In this document: positions 18,884 to 28,379 of the stretch, in pieces
Layout of the letters: each line of letters starts with the position of its first letter
Numbering within the stretch: the first letter of the stretch is position 1
DNA from: Candidatus Omnitrophota bacterium
Lineage (GTDB): Bacteria; Omnitrophota; Gorgyraeia; Zapsychrales; Zapsychraceae
Assembly: GCA_018062515.1 (NCBI GenBank)
Contig: JAGOSC010000006.1
Coordinates: 342 to 64,341 of the forward strand
Direction: 5' to 3'
DNA length: 64,000 bases
Program-made: the position numbers and the translations under genes
The notes under the pieces: model-generated
Seen by the model: only the letters and a program-made list of their open reading frames with translations
What the model was told of the DNA's origin: nothing
Databases searched by the model: none

Positions 18884-19735
18884 GTGAATGACGCTATATT
18901 ATTGATCTCTTCCAAAGATCAGCGGGGAATAACCGCCACGGTATCCGATTTTGTCTTTAAACATAAAGGGAATATCATCCATGCTGATCAGCACATCGAC
19001 GAACAATCGAACACATTTTTTATGCGCATTCAATGGTCGCTCGACGGATTTTCTCTAAAAAAAGACCAAATTAATAAAGCTTTTCTTCCGGTTGCCAAGA
19101 AATTCAAAATGAATTGGGCGCTGTATTTTTCCGATGAACGGGTAAGAACAGCCGTGTTTGTTTCACAGCATTTGCATTGTCTATATGATTTGTTATACCG
19201 CTATAAAACAGGTGAGTTGCAATGTGTTATTCCGGTCATTATTAGTAATCATCCCGATGCCAGGCAAATGTCGGAAAATTTTGGAATTGAATATGTTGAA
19301 ACACCAATGACAGAAAAAACTAAATCGAAGCAAGAAAAAAAACAATTGGATATATTGTCAAAACATAAAATTGATCTCGTCATTTTGGCGCGCTATCATC
19401 AAATACTCTCGCCGGACTTTGTTAAACAATACTCCAATCAGATGATCAATATTCATCATTCTTTCTTGCCGGCGTTTCCGGGGCCCAACCCGTATGCCCG
19501 AGCGTATAAAAAGGGAGTCAAGATTATCGGCGCGACGAGCCATTATGTCACCGAACATTTGGACGAAGGTCCGATCATTGAACAAGATACGGTGCGAATC
19601 AGTCATCGAGACTCATTAGACGAACTCAAACGAAAGGGAAGTGATTTGGAGCGAATGGTTTTGAACCGAGCAGTGCGCTGGCATATTGAGCGCAAGGTTC
19701 TCTGTTATAACAACAAGACGGTCATATTTGATTAA
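18884..19735 (+). CDS. purU: Formyltetrahydrofolate deformylase
   Basis: N-terminal ACT domain plus C-terminal formyltransferase fold (..ILARYHQILSP.., HHSFLPAFPG, IIGATSHYVTEHLDEGPIIEQD). GTG start. Confidence 0.85.
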   Translation: MNDAILLISSKDQRGITATVSDFVFKHKGNIIHADQHIDEQSNTFFMRIQWSLDGFSLKKDQINKAFLPVAKKFKMNWALYFSDERVRTAVFVSQHLHCLYDLLYRYKTGELQCVIPVIISNHPDARQMSENFGIEYVETPMTEKTKSKQEKKQLDILSKHKIDLVILARYHQILSPDFVKQYSNQMINIHHSFLPAFPGPNPYARAYKKGVKIIGATSHYVTEHLDEGPIIEQDTVRISHRDSLDELKRKGSDLERMVLNRAVRWHIERKVLCYNNKTVIFD

Positions 19736-19794
19736 TACTATATATTATTTATGAAAGCTATTTAGAGAAAATCAACCTTTTAGAGGACATCATT

Positions 19795-20043
19795 ATGACT
19801 GAAAATAATAATTCAACGCGCACAATGATTCTATTCATTATCATAATGCCTATAGTCGGATATCTACTGCTTTTTGCTTTCAAAAAGAATAATGAGTCCG
19901 AAGCGAAGGCCAACCAATGTATGCAAGAGTGTGCCGCACAAGGTTATGCCGGGCATGATTTTAAATGGAATATTCTCTCCGGTCCAAAATGTTCATGCAT
20001 TGGTGAACAGCAGCCTATTGAAGACGTATCTATGGAAAAATAG
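19795..20043 (+). CDS. Small single-TM protein with Cys-rich extracytoplasmic tail
   Basis: 82 aa, one TM helix, four Cys (CMQEC...CSC). RBS-like GAGGACATCATTATG. Confidence 0.4.
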   Translation: MTENNNSTRTMILFIIIMPIVGYLLLFAFKKNNESEAKANQCMQECAAQGYAGHDFKWNILSGPKCSCIGEQQPIEDVSMEK

Positions 20044-20205
20044 ATAATTCCCTGATAATTAAAGAGATATGAATAAATTGTTTACTTCAATTTAGGAGTT
20101 ATGTTATAATTTGTTTCCTTGAAAGAAGTTTTTTCAAGATATAACCTGTTCTGGTAAAAGCATTTCAATAGCGAGCACTTTAATTATTAAATTAAGTATT
20201 GAATT

Positions 20206-21363
20206 ATGAAAATCGCTTTCTTTTCTTGGGAATCACTTCATTCTATCGCCGTGGGTGGTATTGCCGTTCACGTCAGCGATCTCTCCGCTGCTTTAGTAAA
20301 AAAAGGTCATGAGGTTCACGTATTCACCCGCATCGATAAAGGGCAGGCCCGAGAAGAGTGGATTAGTGGAGTTTGTTATCACCGCTGTTCATATGAGGCG
20401 CATCATCATTTTAAAGATGACGTAGAAAATATGTGCCGTGCTTTTTTAGAGAATTTCTTGACGACGGAAAGAAATAGCGGTGCCTTTGATATTGTTCATT
20501 CTCACGACTGGTTGGCCGCCAATGTCATTATTTGGTTAAAACAAATAAGAAATTATAAAACTATTTTTACCATGCACTCGACGGAATATGGCCGCTGCGG
20601 AAATAATTTCGGAGGCATGCATTCCAATGAAGTTTCGCATTTAGAATGGAGCGGAATTTATCATGCCAATAAAGTGATCGCTGTTTCTAAGACATTGAAG
20701 GAAGAACTAAAATGGCTTTATAGCTCTCCAGATGATAAACTTAATGTAGTTTACAATGGGGTTAATGTGAATCAGTTTGACGGGTGGATTGATGCCTTGG
20801 CGGTGCGTAAACTTTACGGTATTGGTGCGGATGATCCTGTTATCCTTTTTGTGGGACGAATGGTGTATCAAAAAGGGCCGGATATTCTTATTGAAAGCAT
20901 TCCAAACATTTTATATCATTATCCGAATGCTAAGTTTGTGTTTGCCGGGGACGGCGGCATGCGTTCGTTTTGCGAAGATTTAGGACGGCAAAGAGGTATT
21001 TATCAATCAACTCGTTTTCTAGGCAGTGTGAATGGCTGGCGTTTGAAAGATTTGTTCAAAACGGCTGACTGTGTTGTGGTTCCAAGCCGGAATGAACCAT
21101 TCGGCATCGTGATTTTGGAAGCTTGGAGCGCCGGTAAACCGGTGGTTGCTTCCAACCAGGGAGGCCCATCGGAAATTATATGGCATGATGTGAATGGATA
21201 CAAAGTAAACCCACAGCCGGATTCTCTAAATTGGGGCTTAGGGACAGTACTAGAAAAACGGGAACATGCTCAGTGGATGGGGCGCAATGGCCGATTGACC
21301 GCTGAGACAACCTTTTCGTGGGACCATATTGCCGACGAAACTTTGAAAGTGTATCACAATTAA
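20206..21363 (+). CDS. Glycogen(alpha-glucan) synthase-like GT-B glycosyltransferase (GT4/GT5)
   Basis: N-terminus MKIAFFSWESLHSIAVGGIAVHVSDLSAALVKKGHEVHVF resembles the KTGGLxDV...GHxV pattern of glycogen synthases. C-terminal GT-B EX7E-like region. Sits in a GH57 branching-enzyme context. Confidence 0.65.
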   Translation: MKIAFFSWESLHSIAVGGIAVHVSDLSAALVKKGHEVHVFTRIDKGQAREEWISGVCYHRCSYEAHHHFKDDVENMCRAFLENFLTTERNSGAFDIVHSHDWLAANVIIWLKQIRNYKTIFTMHSTEYGRCGNNFGGMHSNEVSHLEWSGIYHANKVIAVSKTLKEELKWLYSSPDDKLNVVYNGVNVNQFDGWIDALAVRKLYGIGADDPVILFVGRMVYQKGPDILIESIPNILYHYPNAKFVFAGDGGMRSFCEDLGRQRGIYQSTRFLGSVNGWRLKDLFKTADCVVVPSRNEPFGIVILEAWSAGKPVVASNQGGPSEIIWHDVNGYKVNPQPDSLNWGLGTVLEKREHAQWMGRNGRLTAETTFSWDHIADETLKVYHN

Positions 21364-21381
21364 ACATAAAGGACTTACTGA

Positions 21382-22557
21382 GTGGCAACTTCCAGTTCTA
21401 AGTTAAAAAAAACAATAACCGCAAAAAAAATTTCGGTTCCTAAAGATACGTCGACGGGTAAAAAGGCTGCTACTAAAAGTACCGTCGAGAAAAAAAGTGT
21501 CCGAAAAGTAACCACTACTACTTCCAAAAAAACATCCCGCGTCCCTAAACAAAAAATCGATTTATATTCATCCTACGAAGGCCTTGAAAAGGCTAGTTTA
21601 CCCCAAAGTTATCATGAGACCTCTGTCACATTGCTTTCAAAAGAGCCTTATGTTCTTTATGCTTATTGGGAAATAAACGGTGACGATATTAATCAACTCA
21701 AAGAACAAGTCGGCAAAGACGCGGAGAATGCGACGTATACATTAAGAGTTTACGACGTGACCATGCTTGATTTTAACGGAACGAATGCGAATTACTGGTT
21801 TGATTTGGATGAGCTTCATATGAATCACCGTTATATCAGCGTCGGAAATGATGACGCGACTTTTGTTTGTGAAATCGGATTAAGGGCTATATCTGGTCAG
21901 TTTTATGCGATGGCTCGTTCCAATTTTATTCGCAGCCAACGTTCAAGCGTATCGCAGCGTCGGGATTTGATCTGGAAAGAATTGGCCGATTCAAATGAAT
22001 CGCAGAATATGTACGTAAATGTGCGTTTGTTAAATCGGTCTTTACGAGGGCGTTTGAGTCCGCGGACCAATTGGCAAATCGATCAGTCCAAATTGATCTT
22101 AAACAGCGACGACATACGGATTTATTATCAGAAACGTGTTCCGATGATGAAGATTTATCTCGATCACATCAAACAAGATGAGAAAATTAATTTAAAGCTG
22201 CTGACGGGCAATGTTGAATTTGAACAGACACCCCTGGGACGCGTTGCTGTTCGCACTAAAGAGAACGTAAAGGCCGGCGGTTCGTCCGACGAATTTTATA
22301 AAGAAAAGGTGAAGGACACATTTCCTTTTGTCATTGAAATGACATTGACCGTTAAAGGAAAAACTGAACCCGACGCGGAAGTTTATTTGGGTACGAAAAA
22401 AATCCCGCTTAATGAAAATGGAACATTTACATTGCATTGGACTTTGGAAGATGGGGTTTTGCCTTTGGATTTTAATGCCCATTCACCCAAAAAGAATTTA
22501 GGAAAGGCAATTACCACATCCGTTATAAGGACACCGACGGAAGAACATTTTTCATAG
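21382..22557 (+). CDS. DUF4912-like protein (K/T-rich N-terminal tail), frequent partner of GH57 branching enzymes
   Basis: 391 aa. N-terminal 60 aa are lysine/threonine-rich; the core (YVLYAYWEINGDD..) resembles the domain of unknown function that I recall accompanying GH57 enzymes; GTG start. Call is from memory and context. Confidence 0.4.
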   Translation: MATSSSKLKKTITAKKISVPKDTSTGKKAATKSTVEKKSVRKVTTTTSKKTSRVPKQKIDLYSSYEGLEKASLPQSYHETSVTLLSKEPYVLYAYWEINGDDINQLKEQVGKDAENATYTLRVYDVTMLDFNGTNANYWFDLDELHMNHRYISVGNDDATFVCEIGLRAISGQFYAMARSNFIRSQRSSVSQRRDLIWKELADSNESQNMYVNVRLLNRSLRGRLSPRTNWQIDQSKLILNSDDIRIYYQKRVPMMKIYLDHIKQDEKINLKLLTGNVEFEQTPLGRVAVRTKENVKAGGSSDEFYKEKVKDTFPFVIEMTLTVKGKTEPDAEVYLGTKKIPLNENGTFTLHWTLEDGVLPLDFNAHSPKKNLGKAITTSVIRTPTEEHFS

Positions 22558-22563
22558 AGGAAT

Positions 22564-24228
22564 ATGATGCCTAAAGGTTATTTAAGTCTGATGCTTCACG
22601 CACACTTGCCGTTTGTCCGCCATATAGATAGCCCGGATCGGTTGGAAGAGCGCTGGCTGTTTGAAGCGATCACAGAAACATATATTCCTCTGATCAATAC
22701 ATTTGATCATCTTGTTAATGATCGCGTTCCATTTCGAATCACCATGTCTTTAACCCCGCCTTTGGTGCAGATGCTTAAAGATCCGCTTCTTCAGGAACGA
22801 TATATTCTGCATCTTGATAAACTTATTGAACTATCGGAAAAAGAATTAGATTATACCGGCCACGAACCGCATTATCATGGCTTGGCTTTGATGTATTATC
22901 GAAAATTCCGGGAAACAAAAGAAGTTTACGTCGAGCGTTATCATTGTGATCTGGTGCAGGCGTTTAAAGAATTTCAAGACGCTGGAGTTCTGGAAATTAT
23001 TACTTGCGCAGCCACGCATGGATTATTGCCGATTTTAAATGTAAACCCTAAATCCGCCGAGGCCCAAATTAATATCGGTGTTGATTCTTACGCCAAAACA
23101 TTTGGTCATTTACCAAAAGGAATTTGGTTGCCCGAATGCGGATACACGGCTGGCGTCGACGAGATTTTGAAAAGAGCCGGAATCAAATATTTCTTTACCG
23201 ATACGCACGGCATTACTTTTGCAGACCCCGCACCTTTATATAATGTTTATGCTCCTATTCTTTGTCCGTCGGGAGTAGCCGCTTTCGGACGCGATGAAGA
23301 GACGTCCAAACAAGTATGGAGTTCAAAAGAAGGATATCCCGGCGATCCAGACTATCGAGAATACTATAAGGATATTGGTTGGGATCGCGATTTTGAATAT
23401 ATCAAACCTTATATTCATCCCGAAGGTATACGAGTGAATACGGGAATTAAATATTGGCGTATCACCGGTAGCGGTGAATATAAAGAAGCATATCGTCCTG
23501 ATTGGGCTCAGAAAAAAGCCGCGATGCACGCTCAAGATTTTATGGAAAATAGAATGAAACAAATCGAGTATCTCACGACGGTGATGGATCGAAAGCCGAT
23601 TATTGTTGCCCCTTATGACGCGGAATTGTACGGCCATTGGTGGTACGAAGGACCTATGTTTATAGATTTTTTGGTCCGCAAAATTGCATACGATCAAAGT
23701 ACGATTGAAATGATCACGCCGAGTGATTATCTCGACGAGTATCGTGTCAGTCAAATGGCTGTTCCGGCGGAATCAACGTGGGGAGCACAAGGATATAATG
23801 CCTATTGGCTGAATGATACTAATGATTGGGTTTATCGCCATCTGCACCACGCGTCTCGCTGTATGCAGGAGTTAGCGGATAAGTATGGAGGCGCTTATTT
23901 GGATTCTTCAGAACAATGGATCACGCGCGCGTTAAATCAAGCTGCTCGTGAACTTCTATTAGCTGAATCCAGCGACTGGCCTTTTATTATGAAAACCGGC
24001 ACAATGGTTAATTACGCCGTCGAGAGAATCAATGCGCATTTAGGAGCTTTCACCCGTCTTTACAATGATTTGATGCAAGGAAAATTAAATACGGTTTTAC
24101 TGGAACAATTAGAAAAAGAAAATAATATATTTATAGATATAGATTGCGGAAAATATTATTGTTCACATCATTTATGCAACCCGGGTTCAGACTCGAATAA
24201 TTTGAAACAATCTAAGATTGCGTCTTAA
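22564..24228 (+). CDS. GH57-family 1,4-alpha-glucan branching enzyme
   Basis: Start MMPKGYLSLMLHAHLPFVRH is the hallmark GH57 N-terminus. GH57 catalytic region (..WLPECGY.., ..YDAELYGHWWYEG..). C-terminal helical DUF1957-like part. Confidence 0.85.
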   Translation: MMPKGYLSLMLHAHLPFVRHIDSPDRLEERWLFEAITETYIPLINTFDHLVNDRVPFRITMSLTPPLVQMLKDPLLQERYILHLDKLIELSEKELDYTGHEPHYHGLALMYYRKFRETKEVYVERYHCDLVQAFKEFQDAGVLEIITCAATHGLLPILNVNPKSAEAQINIGVDSYAKTFGHLPKGIWLPECGYTAGVDEILKRAGIKYFFTDTHGITFADPAPLYNVYAPILCPSGVAAFGRDEETSKQVWSSKEGYPGDPDYREYYKDIGWDRDFEYIKPYIHPEGIRVNTGIKYWRITGSGEYKEAYRPDWAQKKAAMHAQDFMENRMKQIEYLTTVMDRKPIIVAPYDAELYGHWWYEGPMFIDFLVRKIAYDQSTIEMITPSDYLDEYRVSQMAVPAESTWGAQGYNAYWLNDTNDWVYRHLHHASRCMQELADKYGGAYLDSSEQWITRALNQAARELLLAESSDWPFIMKTGTMVNYAVERINAHLGAFTRLYNDLMQGKLNTVLLEQLEKENNIFIDIDCGKYYCSHHLCNPGSDSNNLKQSKIAS

Positions 24229-24257
24229 AAATTAGAGGTCATTCCTTCTTAAAGGGA

Positions 24258-24776
24258 ATGATGAACACGAACGGGAGAGCGGATATGTCATTACAAGAAC
24301 CAAGCACGCCGAGAAATAAATTACGAAGAGCAAAATCGCTTTTACCTCAAAAGGAAACAACGAGGACGATTAGACAAGCTGTGGCTACACATACTTCTAC
24401 CAAAACTTCGGGTGCCCCTAAAACTTCGGTCGCTTCATCTTCATCCCGAATCAATGTCGCTTTAGAATCGAAGACAGTTGATAGCGTTGATGTACAACAA
24501 AGAATCGCCGAGAAGGCTTATGAATTATTTCAGTTAAGAGGCTATAGTCATGGTCTAGATAAATACGATTGGGAATTAGCCGATAAACTTGTTCGGCTTG
24601 AAGGTGAAAAATCAAATTCGAAAAAAAATTATAGCATTGATTTGGAAGATGAAGAGACCAAGCAGCTGATCGCTCAAAAAGCTTATGATTTGTACGTGCA
24701 AAAAGGATGTGTAGAAGGTACCAAAGAATATGATTGGCATGTTGCCCAACAATTAGTTAAATACGAATCAAAATAA
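24258..24776 (+). CDS. Protein with two DUF2934 repeats
   Basis: Repeated motif QRIAEKAYELFQLRGYSHGLDKYDWELADKL / QLIAQKAYDLYVQKGCVEGTKEYDWHVAQQL. Confidence 0.55.
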   Translation: MMNTNGRADMSLQEPSTPRNKLRRAKSLLPQKETTRTIRQAVATHTSTKTSGAPKTSVASSSSRINVALESKTVDSVDVQQRIAEKAYELFQLRGYSHGLDKYDWELADKLVRLEGEKSNSKKNYSIDLEDEETKQLIAQKAYDLYVQKGCVEGTKEYDWHVAQQLVKYESK

Positions 24777-24794
24777 TACCGCTTGAATGCTCCA

Positions 24795-24838
24795 AAGGCC
24801 TTGGTAGATAATAAGTTATCTTCAAGGCCTTTTTTCTG
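24795..24838 (+). terminator. Intrinsic terminator
   Basis: aaggcctt-ggtagataataagttatcttc-aaggcctt followed by TTTTTTCT. Confidence 0.6.
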
Positions 24839-24984
24839 TCCTGCCCTGTCACAGTCCTTCCCATTCTGGACCTTGACGATTACCAAATATATTGCATACT
24901 TAACCTATTAGAAAATTGCGTCGTTTAGGAATCTCAAGTCGGTCGACTCAGCTTTGATTGAACAACAGTGCTTGGTAAAAAGGG

Positions 24985-25045
24985 ATCGGCTTTTTCTCTC
25001 AAATATTTGAGAAAGAAAAGGCTGATCCCTTTTTATTTTGTTATA
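24985..25045. repeat. Long near-perfect inverted repeat (~27-nt arms) centred near 25014, followed by a T-run
   Basis: aaagggatcggctttttctctcaaata / tatttgagaaagaaaaggctgatcccttt, then TTTTATTTT. Lies in the 5' region of the 24968 ORF as drawn in the track; more likely in the leader of a gene that starts at 25091. Confidence 0.6.
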
Positions 25046-25090
25046 CTACTAAAATTATCTGCAACTCTGTTTTTAAAAGGGAATGATTTT

Positions 25091-27187
25091 ATGCTATTAA
25101 AAAAATTTTGCGTTTTGCCTTGCCGCATTTTGATCTTAATGTTTCTTCTTGGCGGGTGTTCTGTATCCGATTATTTTCAAAAGGATTCACTGACCGATTC
25201 CGCGTATGTATGGGTTAATCAGTCTGCCCGAATCGATGTGATCGAAGCCCGCAGTAATGATGAACAGGTCTTGATAAAGTTTAGATCTTTTCTAAAAGAC
25301 AGTGATCAAAGCCAGATTTTTTTTGCTAAAGCCAAATGGGGAAAAAATGCTTTACTTAAAATCAGCCTCGATAAGAACGTTGTGTTGAACCTTGAATTCA
25401 TCGACGAAGCGAGCTGGAAAAAAGAAGCCGCTCAATTGCCATCGACGGTAGTATTAGCTGAAAATCATTGGGAAGATTTTCAAAATGAATTAAATAAGGC
25501 GGTTGCGCCGGAGATTGCTTTTGTAGGTTCATTGGTTAAATATGATTTTAATGAACTTGTTTATTATCACGATTTTCAGGGCGATATTCAAATTGTAGAA
25601 TATAAAGATAAGCCTCTCGAGGTGACCATTGAGAAAACCTATAACCAGACGGAATTTACTCGGCTGATTATTAGTACGCTGGAAAAGTATTTAAAAAAGA
25701 ACGATCTACGTGCGGAAACGGTACTGCTCACGGTGCAATCTTCGTACGACGACCAGCAAACCTTTCTGTACGTCGATATTTTGAACGCGATGGCGGTTAG
25801 TTTGCGAACAATTCATTCTGATCAATCCCGTTATTTGATACCCGTCTCTGACCGGTTAAACTCAGCGGACCAAATTATCCTCGAAGGCCAAGTTATCGGA
25901 GTGGCGACGCGGCCGTTTTCTTCTGCCTTTAGGTTATATTCCTGGGTTAAAGGTTCGGCCGTGCACAGCATCAAACCTCAAAAATGGATTCCGCAGATTT
26001 TCTCGTCGGAGCCTATTCCTGCTTTAAATGACGGTCTGGGAATGAATCTCGATGATTTTGAAAAAGAATTAGATAATCTCCTCGGAAATACCCGCTCTAG
26101 CGGAACGATTCGATTTTTGATCGGAGGGGATCAATTCTTTCCCGAGTTCGAGAAAGAGTTGAGATCCGCACATCGGTCGATTGATTTACGCACATTTATT
26201 TTTGATAATGATGATTATGCTATTGAAATCGCTAATCTTTTGAAATTAAAATCCAAAGAGAAAAAAATGTCCGTGCGTATTCTGCTCGACGGAATCGGTA
26301 CCATTATGGGGCAAGGAGCCACACCTGCGAATTTACCGTCGGGATTTACGCCGCCAGCTTCGATTGTCAAATATTTATCGAAGGGATCAGATATTAACGT
26401 CCGGGTGAGGCCGAACGCGTGGTTTAAAGCGGATCATACGAAGACGATTATTATCGACGAGAAAATATGCTACACCGGCGGGATGAACATCGGCCGGGAA
26501 TACCGTTACGATTGGCACGACTTGATGATGGAACTGCGAGGACCGATTATCTTGGAAATTTTGCATGAATTTGATATTGCCTGGGCGCACGCGGATAGGC
26601 TTGGAGATATTTCTTATTTGGTTCAGCGCATTAAATATCGTCGACCGAATCCGGAAATGTCCACGGGGGGTATTCCCATTCGTCCACTTTATACACGCGC
26701 GGATGATCCTCAAATATTTAATGCTCAAATGGCGGCGATCAAGCAGGCCAAAAAATATATTTATATTTCAAACGCGTATTTTTCGGACAACAATATTATC
26801 AACGGATTACTTGAGGCTCGTCGAAGAGGAGTGGATGTCAGAGTTATTCTTCCCGTCAACGGTAATCATGAGATTATGAATAAAAACAATATTGTTATAG
26901 CTAATCTCATGTTTGAAAATGGTATTAAAGTTTATTTTTATCCGCGTATGAGCCACATTAAAGCCGCTGTATACGACGGCTGGTTTTGCAGCGGCTCGGC
27001 GAATTTCGATAAGTTGAGCTTTGTTGATAATTTGGAATTTAATATCGCCACGTCGGATCCTGAAACGGTTCAACGGGCCATTTCCGAACTGTTTGAACCA
27101 GATTTTAAGAAATCAATGCTCATGACCGAACCGCTTGAAAGTGACCTCAAAGATCGCATCGCCAAATTCCTTGCCGGGCAACTATAG
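25091..27187 (+). CDS. Lipoprotein with C-terminal phospholipase-D/HKD-superfamily domain (cardiolipin-synthase/PLD-nuclease-like); start revised from 24968
   Basis: Lipoprotein signal MLLKKFCVLPCRILILMFLLGGC with RBS AAAGGGAATG. Two HKD motifs (..ADHTKTIIIDEKICYTGGMNIG.. and ..MSHIKAAVYDGWFCSGSANFDKLS..). N-terminal ~350 aa unknown. Confidence 0.7.
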   Translation: MLLKKFCVLPCRILILMFLLGGCSVSDYFQKDSLTDSAYVWVNQSARIDVIEARSNDEQVLIKFRSFLKDSDQSQIFFAKAKWGKNALLKISLDKNVVLNLEFIDEASWKKEAAQLPSTVVLAENHWEDFQNELNKAVAPEIAFVGSLVKYDFNELVYYHDFQGDIQIVEYKDKPLEVTIEKTYNQTEFTRLIISTLEKYLKKNDLRAETVLLTVQSSYDDQQTFLYVDILNAMAVSLRTIHSDQSRYLIPVSDRLNSADQIILEGQVIGVATRPFSSAFRLYSWVKGSAVHSIKPQKWIPQIFSSEPIPALNDGLGMNLDDFEKELDNLLGNTRSSGTIRFLIGGDQFFPEFEKELRSAHRSIDLRTFIFDNDDYAIEIANLLKLKSKEKKMSVRILLDGIGTIMGQGATPANLPSGFTPPASIVKYLSKGSDINVRVRPNAWFKADHTKTIIIDEKICYTGGMNIGREYRYDWHDLMMELRGPIILEILHEFDIAWAHADRLGDISYLVQRIKYRRPNPEMSTGGIPIRPLYTRADDPQIFNAQMAAIKQAKKYIYISNAYFSDNNIINGLLEARRRGVDVRVILPVNGNHEIMNKNNIVIANLMFENGIKVYFYPRMSHIKAAVYDGWFCSGSANFDKLSFVDNLEFNIATSDPETVQRAISELFEPDFKKSMLMTEPLESDLKDRIAKFLAGQL

Positions 27188-27460
27188 TTGACAATTTGGA
27201 TAAATCCTCCCGTCGATATACCAAGTTCCTGAGACCGTTAATCATTTGCCGCCAGGCATGATTGGCGGGACCGATACTCATTGGTACCTGTTGGTGGCTT
27301 GGATTAAAAGCTGATCTTGCTCGCTGACGAGCTCCATTCAAAGTTCAGTTGCACATCCGTCCATTTATCCTTCTCAATTTTTATCAGGCACCGAATTTCA
27401 AAAAGAATCATCCGGCTAACAACACTTATTAGATGACCAATTCTGTCCTGGTATGTCTTA

Positions 27461-27489
27461 TTGACATTTAAATGTTCAGGAATTATACT
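27461..27489 (+). promoter_or_regulatory. Sigma70-type promoter TTGACA-N17-TATACT for PEP-CTERM gene 1
   Basis: TTGACA at 27461-27466 and TATACT at 27484-27489. Confidence 0.55.
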
Positions 27490-27537
27490 TCGCCTACACC
27501 TTGTGTATTTGTATGACTTTTATTGAGAGGGAAGTAA

Positions 27538-27840
27538 ATGAACAAAATGATATTAAGCTTACTGGTATTTACGTTGGTGATGCTATTTGCCGCGACTTCA
27601 AAGAGTGAGGCATTTATGGTGTCAGGTGAAGAAACTGCGGGATCCGTACTGACGGCAACGGATACCAACGATGTACGAATCGTTACAATTGATCGTCCAG
27701 TTGTATTTGCTAATGATGAAGGTTCCGGCGGTGGTTGTGATCCTTCGCATGGTGCTGGTTGCACAGTCCCTGAACCGGCTTCCGCTCTACTGCTTTCTTC
27801 GGGACTAGTCGCCGCGCTATTACGAAAAAAATGGGCTTAA
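27538..27840 (+). CDS. Small secreted PEP-CTERM-anchored protein (exosortase substrate)
   Basis: Signal peptide ..LFAATSKSEA|F. C-terminal VPEPASALLLSSGLVAALLRKK is a PEP motif plus TM plus basic tail. Two Cys just before the PEP motif. Confidence 0.75.
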   Translation: MNKMILSLLVFTLVMLFAATSKSEAFMVSGEETAGSVLTATDTNDVRIVTIDRPVVFANDEGSGGGCDPSHGAGCTVPEPASALLLSSGLVAALLRKKWA

Positions 27841-27896
27841 TTTAGCTAGGCAGTTTGCGGTTTAAGTTTATTTAGTGTTTGTCCTAGTGTGTCATA

Positions 27897-27925
27897 TTGA
27901 CATTTTATGATTCGTTATCTATACT
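27897..27925 (+). promoter_or_regulatory. Duplicated sigma70-type promoter TTGACA-N17-TATACT for PEP-CTERM gene 2
   Basis: TTGACA at 27897-27902 and TATACT at 27920-27925. Flanking tcatattgacattt is shared with the first copy. Confidence 0.55.
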
Positions 27926-27975
27926 TCCACTAAATTTCAATTCGTACTACTTAAAGACAACAAGAGGAAATTAAA

Positions 27976-28257
27976 ATGATTAAGAAATTAATGAGCATTC
28001 TAGCCATCACAATCCTGACATTTGCCATTAATGCGTCGAAGAGTGAAGCGTTTATCGTATCTGGTGATGAAAATTCAGCCATGCCTGAATCGGCCACGCA
28101 AACAGTTTCCGTAGGAACGATAAATGAAGGTGATAGAATCATCGTGCCCCCAGATCCTTGTTTCCCGAACGCATGTCCTTCAACTCCTGAACCAGCATCA
28201 CTTCTTTTATTATCATCTGGTCTAGTTGGCATATTGTTACGAAAAAAATTAGCTTAG
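27976..28257 (+). CDS. Small secreted PEP-CTERM-anchored protein (paralog of 27538..27840)
   Basis: Same architecture: signal ..INASKSEA|F, Cys pair (PCFPNACPS), TPEPASLLLLSSGLVGILLRKK. Confidence 0.75.
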   Translation: MIKKLMSILAITILTFAINASKSEAFIVSGDENSAMPESATQTVSVGTINEGDRIIVPPDPCFPNACPSTPEPASLLLLSSGLVGILLRKKLA

Positions 28258-28288
28258 TTTGATTGGTAAAGTATTCGAAAATAAAAAA

Positions 28289-28314
28289 CCCCCGAAAATA
28301 TCGGGGGTTTTTTT
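28289..28314 (+). terminator. Intrinsic terminator
   Basis: cccccg-aaaatat-cggggg followed by TTTTTTT. Confidence 0.8.
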
Positions 28315-28379
28315 GTCATTAAAGACAGCTTTTTAAAAGTATGTTTGAAATGCGCACATGTGTGTGGTAATATTCTCAT

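Noticed and set aside
27147-27341. 64-aa minus-strand ORF in the intergenic region upstream of the PEP-CTERM genes
   Set aside because: Overlaps the end of the PLD gene, has no RBS and is Arg-rich; likely spurious. The 350-nt intergenic region has no feature I could identify.
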